Positions 30,380 to 40,219 of a stretch of DNA of 64,000 nt are shown piece by piece (within the stretch, counting starts at the first letter, position 1; each line of letters opens with the position of its first letter). The notes beneath the pieces were generated by a model. It was not told the origin of the DNA. It did no database searches and worked only from the letters and a program-made list of their open reading frames with translations. This DNA comes from an uncultured Bacteroides sp. (GTDB lineage: Bacteria > Bacteroidota > Bacteroidia > Bacteroidales > Bacteroidaceae). The DNA is taken from assembly GCA_963675905.1 (NCBI GenBank), contig OY780936.1:1247946-1311945 (forward strand). The letters run 5' to 3'. Position numbers and translations under genes: made by a program.

Positions 30380-31504
30380 CTAAATTTTATCACTTATAAC
30401 TAATAATGGCGTATCTGTATGGAATATCATTTTCATTGCAATACTTGGATTAAATAAGCGAGCAAACATGTTTCTTTTATACGATGTAATAGTAATAACA
30501 TCGATATTATTAGCTTGAATAAATGAATCCAAATTCTGACCTAAATTATCGTCCATAACAATATCATAATAAATCTGCAAATCAGGATATTGTTTATGGA
30601 AATATTCTTTGATACCAGCCAATTTAATTTCATTCCAAGTATCCTTTAATGTTGCTAAGTGAATAAGTGTAACAGAAAACTTAAATGCACTCATTTTCTT
30701 AATTAATGCGTCAAAAGCAATTAAATCTTTTTGATCGAAATTTGTTATAAATGCAAGCTTTGTAACATCATTAAAAATTTTGAATGGTGTTTTTTCAGGA
30801 ACAACAAAAACAATAGCCCTGCTTCTATCAATTACTTCAGCTGTAACACTTCCAATGATATCAGCATCTTTTTTATTTTTACCACGAGTTCCCATGACAA
30901 TTATGCCAGGAGAAGTGTTTTTAGCATATCTTAAAATTTCTTCTTCTGGAATTCCTTCCTTTAGCACACAACTAAATTTAACATTAGGAAATTCACCAGA
31001 ATCAATTCTGCTTTTAATCTTGTCAGATAAATTATTTAGATCTTCATTGACCTTTTTGATGATATTTTTAATTGACTCTTCATCAGGTCCTTGATAGCTA
31101 AAAACGTCATTATACGGTATTGAAGGCATGTATCTGGGAGTAAAATAAACATGAAGCAAGACAACTTCTGTATCAAAAGTCTTTGCAAATCCAAAACCAA
31201 ATTCACATGCACGCATAGAATAATCAGAGAAATCCACAGGTATTAAAACTTTATTACTTTTTTCCTTCTCTATCGGCTTCTCTCCTATTATTTCCTCAGA
31301 AAGCCAAAGGTTACTTTCTGTTATTTTCAAAGCATGAGGTAGATCGCTTTCTTTAATCCTTAAACGAACACCAGAAGACACGATCGGTTTTATAAGATCT
31401 ACATTTTGGATGTAAGATTTTATTCCTTCTTTTTCTAATACGCTCTTTAATATTTGAGCCTTTGCATACGTTAGTATGGCTAGTGTAACTAATTTTTCCT
31501 CCAT
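30380..31504 (-). CDS. Universal stress protein (tandem USP domains with N-terminal DUF2007-like domain)
   Basis: Motifs VLIPVDFSDYS, IIVMGTRG...IIGSVTAEVI; second degenerate USP domain. Confidence 0.9.
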   Translation of the reverse strand: MEEKLVTLAILTYAKAQILKSVLEKEGIKSYIQNVDLIKPIVSSGVRLRIKESDLPHALKITESNLWLSEEIIGEKPIEKEKSNKVLIPVDFSDYSMRACEFGFGFAKTFDTEVVLLHVYFTPRYMPSIPYNDVFSYQGPDEESIKNIIKKVNEDLNNLSDKIKSRIDSGEFPNVKFSCVLKEGIPEEEILRYAKNTSPGIIVMGTRGKNKKDADIIGSVTAEVIDRSRAIVFVVPEKTPFKIFNDVTKLAFITNFDQKDLIAFDALIKKMSAFKFSVTLIHLATLKDTWNEIKLAGIKEYFHKQYPDLQIYYDIVMDDNLGQNLDSFIQANNIDVITITSYKRNMFARLFNPSIAMKMIFHTDTPLLVISDKI

Positions 31505-31547
31505 ATAAGTTTCATTTAATTGTAAATAATAACAACTTAATATATAG

Positions 31548-31586
31548 AAAAAAGTCCTAATTGAAGAAGGATCAATCAGGACTTTT
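31548..31586. terminator. Terminator after the 97-aa HTH gene
   Basis: AAAAGTCCT...AGGACTTTT with inner ATTGA/TCAAT pairing. Confidence 0.6.
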
Positions 31587-31597
31587 ATTTTTATTGA

Positions 31598-31891
31598 CTA
31601 AACTTGCATTAGCTCCTCACTTACTTCTTCCCGATGGTTAATATTATGTTCATCTAATATTTTTAAAGCGAGATCAAGAACAGTTGTATCATCAAGCATA
31701 ACCAAACCACCATCAGGACCTGGTTCTGTATGAAGTCCAACACTTTTGCCTTCCTTGAAGTTACTGCCACCGAAGAAGTTACGAACTGTGTCTACATCTA
31801 AATTGAGTTCATCAGCAATTCTGTGCATGCTTCCGCTGGGCAATGAATCTTTTATTTTCCTAAGTTCATTGAAAGTTATTGTTCTGTTCAT
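31598..31891 (-). CDS. Conserved Bacteroidetes small putative DNA-binding (HTH) protein
   Basis: 97 aa; HTH-like segment MHRIADELNLDVDTVRNFF; biased, high-expression-like codons. Confidence 0.75.
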   Translation of the reverse strand: MNRTITFNELRKIKDSLPSGSMHRIADELNLDVDTVRNFFGGSNFKEGKSVGLHTEPGPDGGLVMLDDTTVLDLALKILDEHNINHREEVSEELMQV

Positions 31892-32024
31892 AATATAGAA
31901 ATTTGGGTTAATACTATATCAATTATTTATCGCTATAAACTTAACAAAAAAAATATAGAAATCAAATCTTTAACCCATAATTTTATATAAAAAACAAATC
32001 AGGAGATTATAAAGTTCTGAGAAT

Positions 32025-32738
32025 TTACAAATAATAATAGTTATAAATAATCATTCCAGCTATCATTACAACAAATATTGTAGAAAATAAAGCTATCAAT
32101 AAGATATTTATGTCAGAGATTAAATAACCACTTGGAGTATATTTAACTGAGTATTTAAGCCTTTTATCATAAAAATACTTTGAGCGAATATATTTATATA
32201 TGTAATAGACTAATAAACCTGAAATAAAGCCCAGAATAGCCCCACAAATGATATCACCTAAATAATGTACTCCGAGATATATCCGAGAATAGCAAGTAAT
32301 TATAGCCCAAAAAAGGAAAGCAAAAGTATATTCTTTTCTTCTGAATAAAAATGAGGTGAACGTTACAAGACCAAAAGTGTTTGCAGCATGGCTGGAAATA
32401 AAACCGTATCGTCCTCCCCTATATCCATGTATAATATCTACAAAATACATAAATTCGAGATCTTGAGCCGGACGAAAACGCTTGAATAAAGGTTTAAAGA
32501 CACCTGATGAGATGCGATCACATATTGTAATCGTTATAGCAATTAAAAGAATTATTAATAAAGCTTCTTTTAATTTATTGTTTCGAATGATGACATACAG
32601 CAATACAAGCGCTAGTGGTATCCATACAATTGTACTTGTATATACCCACATAAAACCATCCCAAAAGGTAGAATCACTGCCATTTAATGCTAGGAAAGCG
32701 TCTTTATCATATTGTATTAATTGCTGTATGTCAATCAT
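32025..32738 (-). CDS. PAP2 family phosphatase (undecaprenyl-PP/lipid phosphatase-like)
   Basis: Motifs KPLFKRFRP, GFISSHAAN, SRIYLGVHYLGD; several TM helices. Confidence 0.92.
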   Translation of the reverse strand: MIDIQQLIQYDKDAFLALNGSDSTFWDGFMWVYTSTIVWIPLALVLLYVIIRNNKLKEALLIILLIAITITICDRISSGVFKPLFKRFRPAQDLEFMYFVDIIHGYRGGRYGFISSHAANTFGLVTFTSFLFRRKEYTFAFLFWAIITCYSRIYLGVHYLGDIICGAILGFISGLLVYYIYKYIRSKYFYDKRLKYSVKYTPSGYLISDINILLIALFSTIFVVMIAGMIIYNYYYL

Positions 32739-32762
32739 TGTATTTAGATTATCATTGAAATA

Positions 32763-33587
32763 TTAGATAACTTCAAGATCGGTAGTTTTAATCCATCCAA
32801 CATTACCATCTTCAAGTTTGATTTCTTTCCATTCTTTCATGGAATCATCTTTAATATTCACTTTACGTCCTTCGTGAATAATAAATAAGTCTGTACCACT
32901 CTCATTAGGGGTACTCTTTATTGTCACACTAGGTGCCATTATGATTGCATCTTTGCGATTTATCAGACGATCTTTCTGATGAGCTGCAAAAATATTTGAT
33001 AAGACTACTAGTACAAACAAAGCAATCGAAGCTATAAACCCAATCTTTTTAAGAATAACCTTCTTAGAAAAGATAAAGAAATAGAGTGATACAATTAAAA
33101 AGAGAAAAGTAGCGACTCCACATTTAGCCCATGCATCAGCTCCCATGCAATTAATAAGAGAGTTGGTCCATGTTACAAAGAATAATTCCGGAGTTACATC
33201 TACCTTATCAACTGTTTTACTACGAGCTATTTCCAGGTTTGACCGGATATCACCGTCTCCAGGATTAAGTAATAAAGCTCTTTCATAATTCAATATAGCT
33301 TTAGCCATATCACCTAGTTTATAGTAGCTGTTGCCTAAGTTATAATAAACTTCAGAAGCTTCTCCCTGAGTTTTAAGTAATGATTCGTATATCTGAATAG
33401 CAGAAGCAAAATCATTACGAATGTATGCACTATCACCCTGTGCTTTGGTTGCATTTTCAATCTTAACGGTCGAGAACTCTCTATGAGCAGCTCTGGACGG
33501 TTGTACAGAATCTGTAGCTAAAGAATCCTGAGCAGCAAGATTAAAAGAACACAGAATGCTTAATGCTAAAAATATTATTTTCTTCAT
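32763..33587 (-). CDS. batE: BatE (TPR plus SH3-like domain)
   Basis: TPR (YYNLGNSYYK...AILNYERALLLNPGD), two TM helices, C-terminal IHEG.KV...W..IKL.DGNVGW. Confidence 0.88.
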   Translation of the reverse strand: MKKIIFLALSILCSFNLAAQDSLATDSVQPSRAAHREFSTVKIENATKAQGDSAYIRNDFASAIQIYESLLKTQGEASEVYYNLGNSYYKLGDMAKAILNYERALLLNPGDGDIRSNLEIARSKTVDKVDVTPELFFVTWTNSLINCMGADAWAKCGVATFLFLIVSLYFFIFSKKVILKKIGFIASIALFVLVVLSNIFAAHQKDRLINRKDAIIMAPSVTIKSTPNESGTDLFIIHEGRKVNIKDDSMKEWKEIKLEDGNVGWIKTTDLEVI

Positions 33588-33605
33588 ATCACTATTTCTT
33601 AATCG

Positions 33606-35429
33606 TTAGTGTTTAATTATGTTTTCCATTTTACTCACTACCTCAATGGCAGAAGAATAAACATTATCCATAGCTTCGTTAGGATCACCCGGAGCATAAC
33701 GAGCAAACTCACATTGATCCAGAACTGATAAGAATTCTTTAGTAAGCTCTGCATTTACCCCATAATTGGTCAATTCAATATCAACATTATCTTTTGTAAG
33801 CTTAGAAACAGGAATATTCAGTTTATCACTAATATATCCCCACATAGCTTTCAATACTTCATCATAAAACTCTTCTTTTTTGTTCTGAGTTAAAAGTTTG
33901 CCAGCATTTTTCATTCGTTTTGTGGCAACTTTATTTGCTTTCTTGGTGCGTACCTTAGCAACATTTGCATTCTCTACAGCTTGTTTTCTGTAGACGATTA
34001 CAAAAGCAATAAACAAGCATGCAGGAATGATGTAAAGCAGATAATATAGCAATGATCCAAATAAGAAATCTCCTTTTTCAGACAGTCTAACATCGTTAGT
34101 CTTAATATATCGAATATCAGAACCTAAAACTTTAAGATCTTCTTTATTTGCGAAGTTTGCAATTACCTGATCAGCATTACCAGCCCCTTTGACTACATTC
34201 AAATTATATTCCTGAGTCTTAAGAGTCTTATAAGAATTTGAGTTCGTATCAAAGTAAGTGAAGCTTGTTGCAGGAATTTTATATTTTCCTGCGTAACGAG
34301 GTATTACCAAATATTCAATCACTTTGCTTCCTGATAAACCGCCCTTAGTGAGAGTGAATTTATTAGTAACCTTAGGATCATAAACCTCAAAATCTTTAGG
34401 GAATTCAATTTTAGGAGTCTCAATTAACTTAAGATTACCTACACCAGAGATTGCTAATTTAATTGTTACAGCATCATTGGTCTTAACATTCTGAGAATTG
34501 ATGGATGAAGAAAGAGTAAATCCTCCCACACCTCCGCAGAAGTTTGCCGGTTTACCACCAGGTAAAGCTTTTACATTAACAGTTATCTGAGGAGTTGTGA
34601 TTGTCTTTTTCACTTCAACAACATTTGATCCTCCATTGAAAAAAGCATCAAACGGATCATCTGTATGCACAGCTTTTGCAATTGAAGCATCAAATCTAGC
34701 TGGATTGATAACTAATTTACCTGTTTGTTGTGGGAATAGAACAAATTGTCTGTACACTACAGAGTGATAATTCTTTCCTTGATAGCGTTCCAACGAGAAT
34801 TGCTTTGTCTGAGGAAGTTCAACTTCCTGTGACTGGAATCCCTTAAAATCAGGCAATTTTACGTTGTCAAATCCTCTTAAATCAACTAATGTGTATATTT
34901 TATAGGTTAAAACGAGAGCTTCCTGTTCAAAGACAGTTGCTTTATTCACAGATCCTACAATAATTATATCAGAAGCTGAAACCTTTGTGCCCGATGACTG
35001 AGAACGAGAGCTTCTGGAAGAAGAAGATCCACTACCCGATTTGTCTGCAGGAAGAACCTTAATTTTTAAGGTATTTGAAGTAATAGGCTTTCCGCTAGCA
35101 ACAATGCTTGCTGGGAATATAGTAAAAGTCCCCTTTGCATTTGCCATTACCGTAAAAGTATATGTAATGGAGCTAACAGTTGAGCCCTTTCCGTTAACAT
35201 ACTGTGCACTAGACATTCTCGACTCATACGGTCCGGCTAATACGTCGAATCCTTTCATCGAAGATGCTCTAAAGCTCTTTACATCCTGTGTGTTTACCGT
35301 ATACGTAATTCTAAACTGATCACCTACAGCGACTGCGTCCGGAGCTTCTGCTACCAACCTTACGTTATCAGCAAAACTATTTATTCCGGGAATCAGTAAA
35401 ATGACGAATAAGAAAATTAGTTTCCTCAT
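33606..35429 (-). CDS. batD: BatD
   Basis: Signal peptide, repeated BatD beta-sandwich modules, TM helix, C-terminal LDQCEFARYAP; position in the bat operon. Confidence 0.9.
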   Translation of the reverse strand: MRKLIFLFVILLIPGINSFADNVRLVAEAPDAVAVGDQFRITYTVNTQDVKSFRASSMKGFDVLAGPYESRMSSAQYVNGKGSTVSSITYTFTVMANAKGTFTIFPASIVASGKPITSNTLKIKVLPADKSGSGSSSSRSSRSQSSGTKVSASDIIIVGSVNKATVFEQEALVLTYKIYTLVDLRGFDNVKLPDFKGFQSQEVELPQTKQFSLERYQGKNYHSVVYRQFVLFPQQTGKLVINPARFDASIAKAVHTDDPFDAFFNGGSNVVEVKKTITTPQITVNVKALPGGKPANFCGGVGGFTLSSSINSQNVKTNDAVTIKLAISGVGNLKLIETPKIEFPKDFEVYDPKVTNKFTLTKGGLSGSKVIEYLVIPRYAGKYKIPATSFTYFDTNSNSYKTLKTQEYNLNVVKGAGNADQVIANFANKEDLKVLGSDIRYIKTNDVRLSEKGDFLFGSLLYYLLYIIPACLFIAFVIVYRKQAVENANVAKVRTKKANKVATKRMKNAGKLLTQNKKEEFYDEVLKAMWGYISDKLNIPVSKLTKDNVDIELTNYGVNAELTKEFLSVLDQCEFARYAPGDPNEAMDNVYSSAIEVVSKMENIIKH

Positions 35430-35467
35430 TGCTTTATTTTATTATTATCCTTTTATTATTTTTTATA

Positions 35468-36175
35468 TTACCAGTCTTTATCCAGGTTTCTGCCCTGATT
35501 TCTCAACTGTTTTTTGGCTTTTTCCTGAAGTTGTTTTTCATCTTGCATAGCAGCGTTCAGTAGTTGTTCAGCATTCTCTTTAGACATTTGATTCTTATTC
35601 TGCTGTTTAGGCTGCTGCTTTTGCTTATCATTTTTATTCTTTTGATCTTGCTTATTCTTATCGTCTTGCTTCTTTTGTTTGTCTTTATCCTTGTTTTTAT
35701 CTTTGTTCTTGTCTTTATTCTTATCCTGATTCTGTTGATTCTTCAGCATTTTCATAGCCAAAGCCAAATTATATCTGGTTTCATCATCTTTCGGATTATT
35801 TCTCAAAGATTGCTTGTAAGCCTGAACTGCTTCCTGATAATGCTTAGCAGATTGATACAGCACACCGGCATTATGATATATTTTTGCCAGTTTAATCTTA
35901 TTCTTCTCAGCCTTTGAAGCTGCAGTATATTGTTCCATAGCATCTTTCAATTTTCCTTGCTGAGAGAGCGTATTTCCCAAATTATATAAAGCTTCTGTAG
36001 AATTAGGATTAATCTCTAATGCTTTCCGGTAATTTACCTCAGCCTGCAAGAAGATGCTGTCATTAAACAATCGGTTTCCTTTACGGATATAGTCTCTCTC
36101 AGTCTTTTGAGCAAATGTTTCACAATTGGCCAAAAGAAGGAAAGCTATAAAAATAATATATTTAATCTGTGACAT
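35468..36175 (-). CDS. batC: BatC (TPR protein with K/D/N/Q low-complexity tail)
   Basis: Start moved to 36175 (MSQIKYII). Motifs AEVNYRKALE, HNAG, DDETRYNLALA, QNQDKNKDKNKDK repeats, EKDW-like end (DKDW). Confidence 0.88.
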   Translation of the reverse strand: MSQIKYIIFIAFLLLANCETFAQKTERDYIRKGNRLFNDSIFLQAEVNYRKALEINPNSTEALYNLGNTLSQQGKLKDAMEQYTAASKAEKNKIKLAKIYHNAGVLYQSAKHYQEAVQAYKQSLRNNPKDDETRYNLALAMKMLKNQQNQDKNKDKNKDKNKDKDKQKKQDDKNKQDQKNKNDKQKQQPKQQNKNQMSKENAEQLLNAAMQDEKQLQEKAKKQLRNQGRNLDKDW

Positions 36176-36182
36176 CTCTCTA

Positions 36183-37205
36183 TTATATCTTAAACAGTTT
36201 AATATTCTTAAACAATGGATTTTTGCGTTCCAGTAACAACAAATCGGCAATTAACAGAAGTAAGATAAGCCATGCAACACCCTGAAATTGCTCGTCAAAA
36301 TCAGAATACACACTACTTTCTAAATCCGATTTTGCCATCTTATCAATTTCATTGATCAATGCTTTCTGAGCAGAATTTGAATTGTCAACATGTGCATAAA
36401 TTCCCTGTCCAGCATTAGCCAGTTCCTTACACATTGATTCATTCAATCGAGTTACTATAACATTACCTTGTCTGTCTTTACGGAAATTGCTTGAACCAGA
36501 AATAGGAATAGGTGCCCCATCAGGAGAACCAACACCTAAAACATGCACAGTAATATCTTTTTTCTTAGCTGCTTTTACAGCTTCTACTGCTCCGTCTTCG
36601 TGATTTTCTCCATCAGTAATAAGCACAATTGCTCTTCCCACGCCTTCCTGAGGAGTAAAACTACTGGTTGCCAAATCAATAGCTGAACCAATAGCAGTTC
36701 CTTGTCTTGAAATTAATTCCGGAGTAATTGTTTCCAGGAACATTTTAGCCGAAATATAATCACTAGTGATAGGTAATTGTGTATAGGCATCACCTGCGAA
36801 TACAATCATTCCCACTTTATCCTGATCTAATTCGTCTACCATTTTAGATACCAGCATTTTAGCTTTCTCTAAACGGCTTGGAGTAACATCTTCGGCAAGC
36901 ATTGAATTAGAAATATCTAATGCAATGATAACCTCTACTCCATTCCTCTTTACTTTGTTCGCCTTAGTACCGAATTGAGGACGTGCCATCAATACGATTG
37001 TCAATGCTAATGCGGATAATACGAGCCAGAATTTAACGTCGGGACGATATTTCGAAACATCAGGCATCAGCTGAGCCATCAATTCCGGATCACCAAACTT
37101 TTTAATAGCCTTCCTCCTCTTGAAATTGGAATACAAATAAAAAGCCACAATGAACGGCAATATTATAAGTAGATATAAATATGTCGGGTCTGCAAATCGA
37201 AACAT
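36183..37205 (-). CDS. batB: BatB (VWA domain membrane protein)
   Basis: MIDAS DISNS, VFAGDA, LPITSDY, GTAIG, ITDGE. Confidence 0.92.
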   Translation of the reverse strand: MFRFADPTYLYLLIILPFIVAFYLYSNFKRRKAIKKFGDPELMAQLMPDVSKYRPDVKFWLVLSALALTIVLMARPQFGTKANKVKRNGVEVIIALDISNSMLAEDVTPSRLEKAKMLVSKMVDELDQDKVGMIVFAGDAYTQLPITSDYISAKMFLETITPELISRQGTAIGSAIDLATSSFTPQEGVGRAIVLITDGENHEDGAVEAVKAAKKKDITVHVLGVGSPDGAPIPISGSSNFRKDRQGNVIVTRLNESMCKELANAGQGIYAHVDNSNSAQKALINEIDKMAKSDLESSVYSDFDEQFQGVAWLILLLLIADLLLLERKNPLFKNIKLFKI

Positions 37206-37222
37206 AGTTTATCTTGTTTTTA

Positions 37223-38206
37223 TTATGGTATTTTCTTTAAAATAGAATTACGTAAAAGGATTTCACCAAGAATACACAAGAATAAGATCAATGCAAATGG
37301 TTGATAATTCTCTTGTCTCTTACTGTAAGCCTTTACGTTTAATTTAGTCTTTTCCAACTTATCAATTTCCTGATAAACCTCTTTCAGTTTAGAATTGCTG
37401 GTTGCCCGGAAGTATTTACCATCGGTAGTTTCTGCAATCTGATTCATTGTCTGTTCATCAATCTCCACAGGAATATTGATATATTGTACACCTGCAGCTG
37501 TTGGATACGGGTAAGGTGCTAAACCATTTGTTCCTACACCAATTGTATAAACCCTTATTCCAAAGCTTTTTGCTATTTCTGCGGCAGTCAGCGGAGATAT
37601 ATCCCCTTTATTATTAGATCCATCCGACAATAAAATTATAACCTTCGATTTAGCTTTACTACCTTTCAGTCTGGTCACAGAATTTGCAATTCCCATACCT
37701 ATAGCAGTACCATCTTCAATTATTCCACATTTAATATTCTGGAAAAGATTAAGCAGAACCGCATGATCTACAGTTAACGGACATTGAGTGAAACTTTCAG
37801 CTGCAAAAAGCGTTATCCCGATATTATCATTCGGACGTCCGCTAATAAATTCAGTAGCCACATCTTTAGCAGCCTCCAAACGGTTTGGCTTAAGGTCTTC
37901 GGCCAGCATAGTGGAAGAAATATCAAGAGCTATCATGATATCGATTCCTTCTGTCTCTGTATTCTTCCAGTTATTTGTAGTTTGCGGACGTGCAAGAATC
38001 AGTACCAACATTACAAAAGCAATAACCCTAAGAATGAAAGGCGCGTGAAGCAGATAAATCTTATAACTTTTAGGCGCATGAGCATATACCCTTGTATCGG
38101 AAACCTGAAGAGAAGCTTCGTTTTTCCGTTGCTTCAGGATATACCACATGATATATGGTATAAGAAGTATCAGCAGAAATAAATAATGTATATTAGCAAA
38201 TATCAT
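37223..38206 (-). CDS. batA: BatA (VWA domain membrane protein)
   Basis: MIDAS DISST, PNRLEAAK, PLTVDH, DGTAIGMG, LSDG. Confidence 0.92.
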   Translation of the reverse strand: MIFANIHYLFLLILLIPYIMWYILKQRKNEASLQVSDTRVYAHAPKSYKIYLLHAPFILRVIAFVMLVLILARPQTTNNWKNTETEGIDIMIALDISSTMLAEDLKPNRLEAAKDVATEFISGRPNDNIGITLFAAESFTQCPLTVDHAVLLNLFQNIKCGIIEDGTAIGMGIANSVTRLKGSKAKSKVIILLSDGSNNKGDISPLTAAEIAKSFGIRVYTIGVGTNGLAPYPYPTAAGVQYINIPVEIDEQTMNQIAETTDGKYFRATSNSKLKEVYQEIDKLEKTKLNVKAYSKRQENYQPFALILFLCILGEILLRNSILKKIP

Positions 38207-38229
38207 TTTTCTATTGTTTTATATCACAT

Positions 38230-39339
38230 TTATAAGAACATATCGGTCAGCCTCATAACAACATATGCCAAAATGGCCAGTACAGAAGCACACAATATGA
38301 CAATTCCAAAGATCAATAGAGTCTTTGCTCTGCGTGAACGTTTCTCTTCAACAGTAATTTCAGTTGGAACAGGCTTCTTATCAAGAGATTCTTCATCCTT
38401 TGTATCATTGATAAAAGATATAGCACTCAACAAGTTAGAATCATTTTCATTCATCATTGGGTCGTGCTTAGCAAACTTAACAAGGTCAGCCGTTAGAAAC
38501 AGCTCTTTCAAATCTATGATATCTTTAGCTTCAACTTCCATCAGCTTATCAATAATCTCGGAAGAGGTCATTTCCATCGCATTGAAACCGAAACGATCCT
38601 GAATGTATGTACGCAAAGTATCGGTCAATTCGGTATAATACTCTTTCGAGCGACCTTTCTGCCAAACTTTTTCTGTTTTGATACGCTCTATTTCCTTCAT
38701 AGCCAACTGGTGAGGCGGAAGTTTTGGCTCAATCTTAATATGTTTGATAATAGGCTTATTATCTCTGTAACGGACAATAAAGTATATAATCAAAAACATT
38801 AATGGGATTGCCAGTATTGAAAGGAATATCACTCCGACCCAATCGCTCCACATAAACGGCGGATTCATCACACCTTTTTGAGGAAAAAACTGATCAGGGT
38901 GAGCTTTATCAATAGGCACAATGGGGGATATAACTTTCAAAGCCAAAGACTTTGACTTATATACCGTATTTCCCACTTTCACACTGAAAGGCGGAATATA
39001 ATAAAGCGCAGAATCGAAAGACGTTATAATGTATTTCTGAGTAATCAGTAAACGCTGATTGTTGTTCAGAAACTGAGTATCGGGCTTTGCAACTTCAAGA
39101 ACTTCTATTCCTTTTATCAGACTATCGGTGAAATGGGGGAAAACAGCTTTCTGTTTAGCATCAAGACTTACCTGCAGCTGAATTGTGGCTTGCTTTCCAA
39201 TCATTATCTGCAATGAGTCAATTGTTGCATCTACAGTAACAGATTGAGCTGCAATCTTTTGTGGCACAAAAGAGAACAACATTGAGCAGCCTAGCGCAAT
39301 TAAGAATTTTCTGCTTTTCAATAATGTGTAATTACTCAT
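38230..39339 (-). CDS. Conserved bat-operon membrane protein (hypothetical)
   Basis: Signal-like N-terminus, two TM segments, YYTELTDTLRTYI and DLVKFAK motifs; lies between DUF58 and batA. Confidence 0.8.
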   Translation of the reverse strand: MSNYTLLKSRKFLIALGCSMLFSFVPQKIAAQSVTVDATIDSLQIMIGKQATIQLQVSLDAKQKAVFPHFTDSLIKGIEVLEVAKPDTQFLNNNQRLLITQKYIITSFDSALYYIPPFSVKVGNTVYKSKSLALKVISPIVPIDKAHPDQFFPQKGVMNPPFMWSDWVGVIFLSILAIPLMFLIIYFIVRYRDNKPIIKHIKIEPKLPPHQLAMKEIERIKTEKVWQKGRSKEYYTELTDTLRTYIQDRFGFNAMEMTSSEIIDKLMEVEAKDIIDLKELFLTADLVKFAKHDPMMNENDSNLLSAISFINDTKDEESLDKKPVPTEITVEEKRSRRAKTLLIFGIVILCASVLAILAYVVMRLTDMFL

Positions 39340-39345
39340 TTCGTA

Positions 39346-40215
39346 TTAATTTCTTTTAGCAAACAAGTTCAACAACGCTTTCACATAATCCTCGTCTGTA
39401 CGAACAGAAACCGAGTCTACATTACTCTTTGTAAATGTTTCACTAAGAATATTCTGTTTCTTCATCCACCAATCCCGATGTGCTTTACGTAACGCAACAG
39501 ATGATGTATCAATCCACTGTTCATGACCGGTTTCGGCATCCTTCACTTTCATCAGACCAACCGATGGAAGTTCTGCCACTCTTCTGTCAAAAACCTGAAT
39601 AGCAACCAAATCGTGTTTACGGTTAGCAATCGTTAGAGCGTTTTTAAAATCAGAGTTATCGATAAAATCGGATATTACAAATGCAGTACATCTTTTCTTT
39701 ATAGCATTTGTAAGATATTCCAGCCCCATTTTAATATTTGTTCTACGACTGGTGGCCTGAAAATCTATCAGCTCGCGAATAATAAAAAGAATGTGCTTTC
39801 TCCCCTTCTTTGGAGGAATAAACTTTTCTATCTTGTCCGAGAAAAAGATTACACCGATTTTATCATTATTCTGAATAGCAGAAAAAGCAAGAGTGGCAGC
39901 TATTTCAGTTACCATATCTTTTTTCATCTGCTTTACAGTTCCAAATTCAAGACTACCCGACACATCGATCAGGAGCATAACAGTAAGCTCACGTTCTTCC
40001 TCAAACACTTTTACGTAAGGTTTGTGGAAACGTGCTGTTACGTTCCAGTCAATATCACGGATATCATCGCCATATTGATATTCACGAACCTCAGAGAATG
40101 CCATCCCTCGTCCTTTAAAAGCAGAATGATACTGCCCGGCAAAGATATTATTGGACAATCCCCGAGTTTTTATTTCAATATGACGAACTTTTTTTATAAG
40201 TTCATTAGCTTCCAT
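39346..40215 (-). CDS. DUF58 (VWA-like) protein
   Basis: Motifs GMAFSEVREYQYGDDIRDIDWNVTAR, EEERE, DVSGS. Confidence 0.93.
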   Translation of the reverse strand: MEANELIKKVRHIEIKTRGLSNNIFAGQYHSAFKGRGMAFSEVREYQYGDDIRDIDWNVTARFHKPYVKVFEEERELTVMLLIDVSGSLEFGTVKQMKKDMVTEIAATLAFSAIQNNDKIGVIFFSDKIEKFIPPKKGRKHILFIIRELIDFQATSRRTNIKMGLEYLTNAIKKRCTAFVISDFIDNSDFKNALTIANRKHDLVAIQVFDRRVAELPSVGLMKVKDAETGHEQWIDTSSVALRKAHRDWWMKKQNILSETFTKSNVDSVSVRTDEDYVKALLNLFAKRN

Positions 40216-40219
40216 ACGA

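Noticed and set aside
35564-35917. Hydrophobic 117-aa plus-strand ORF resembling a membrane protein or toxin
   Set aside because: It is the antisense reading of the low-complexity K/D/N/Q tail of batC.
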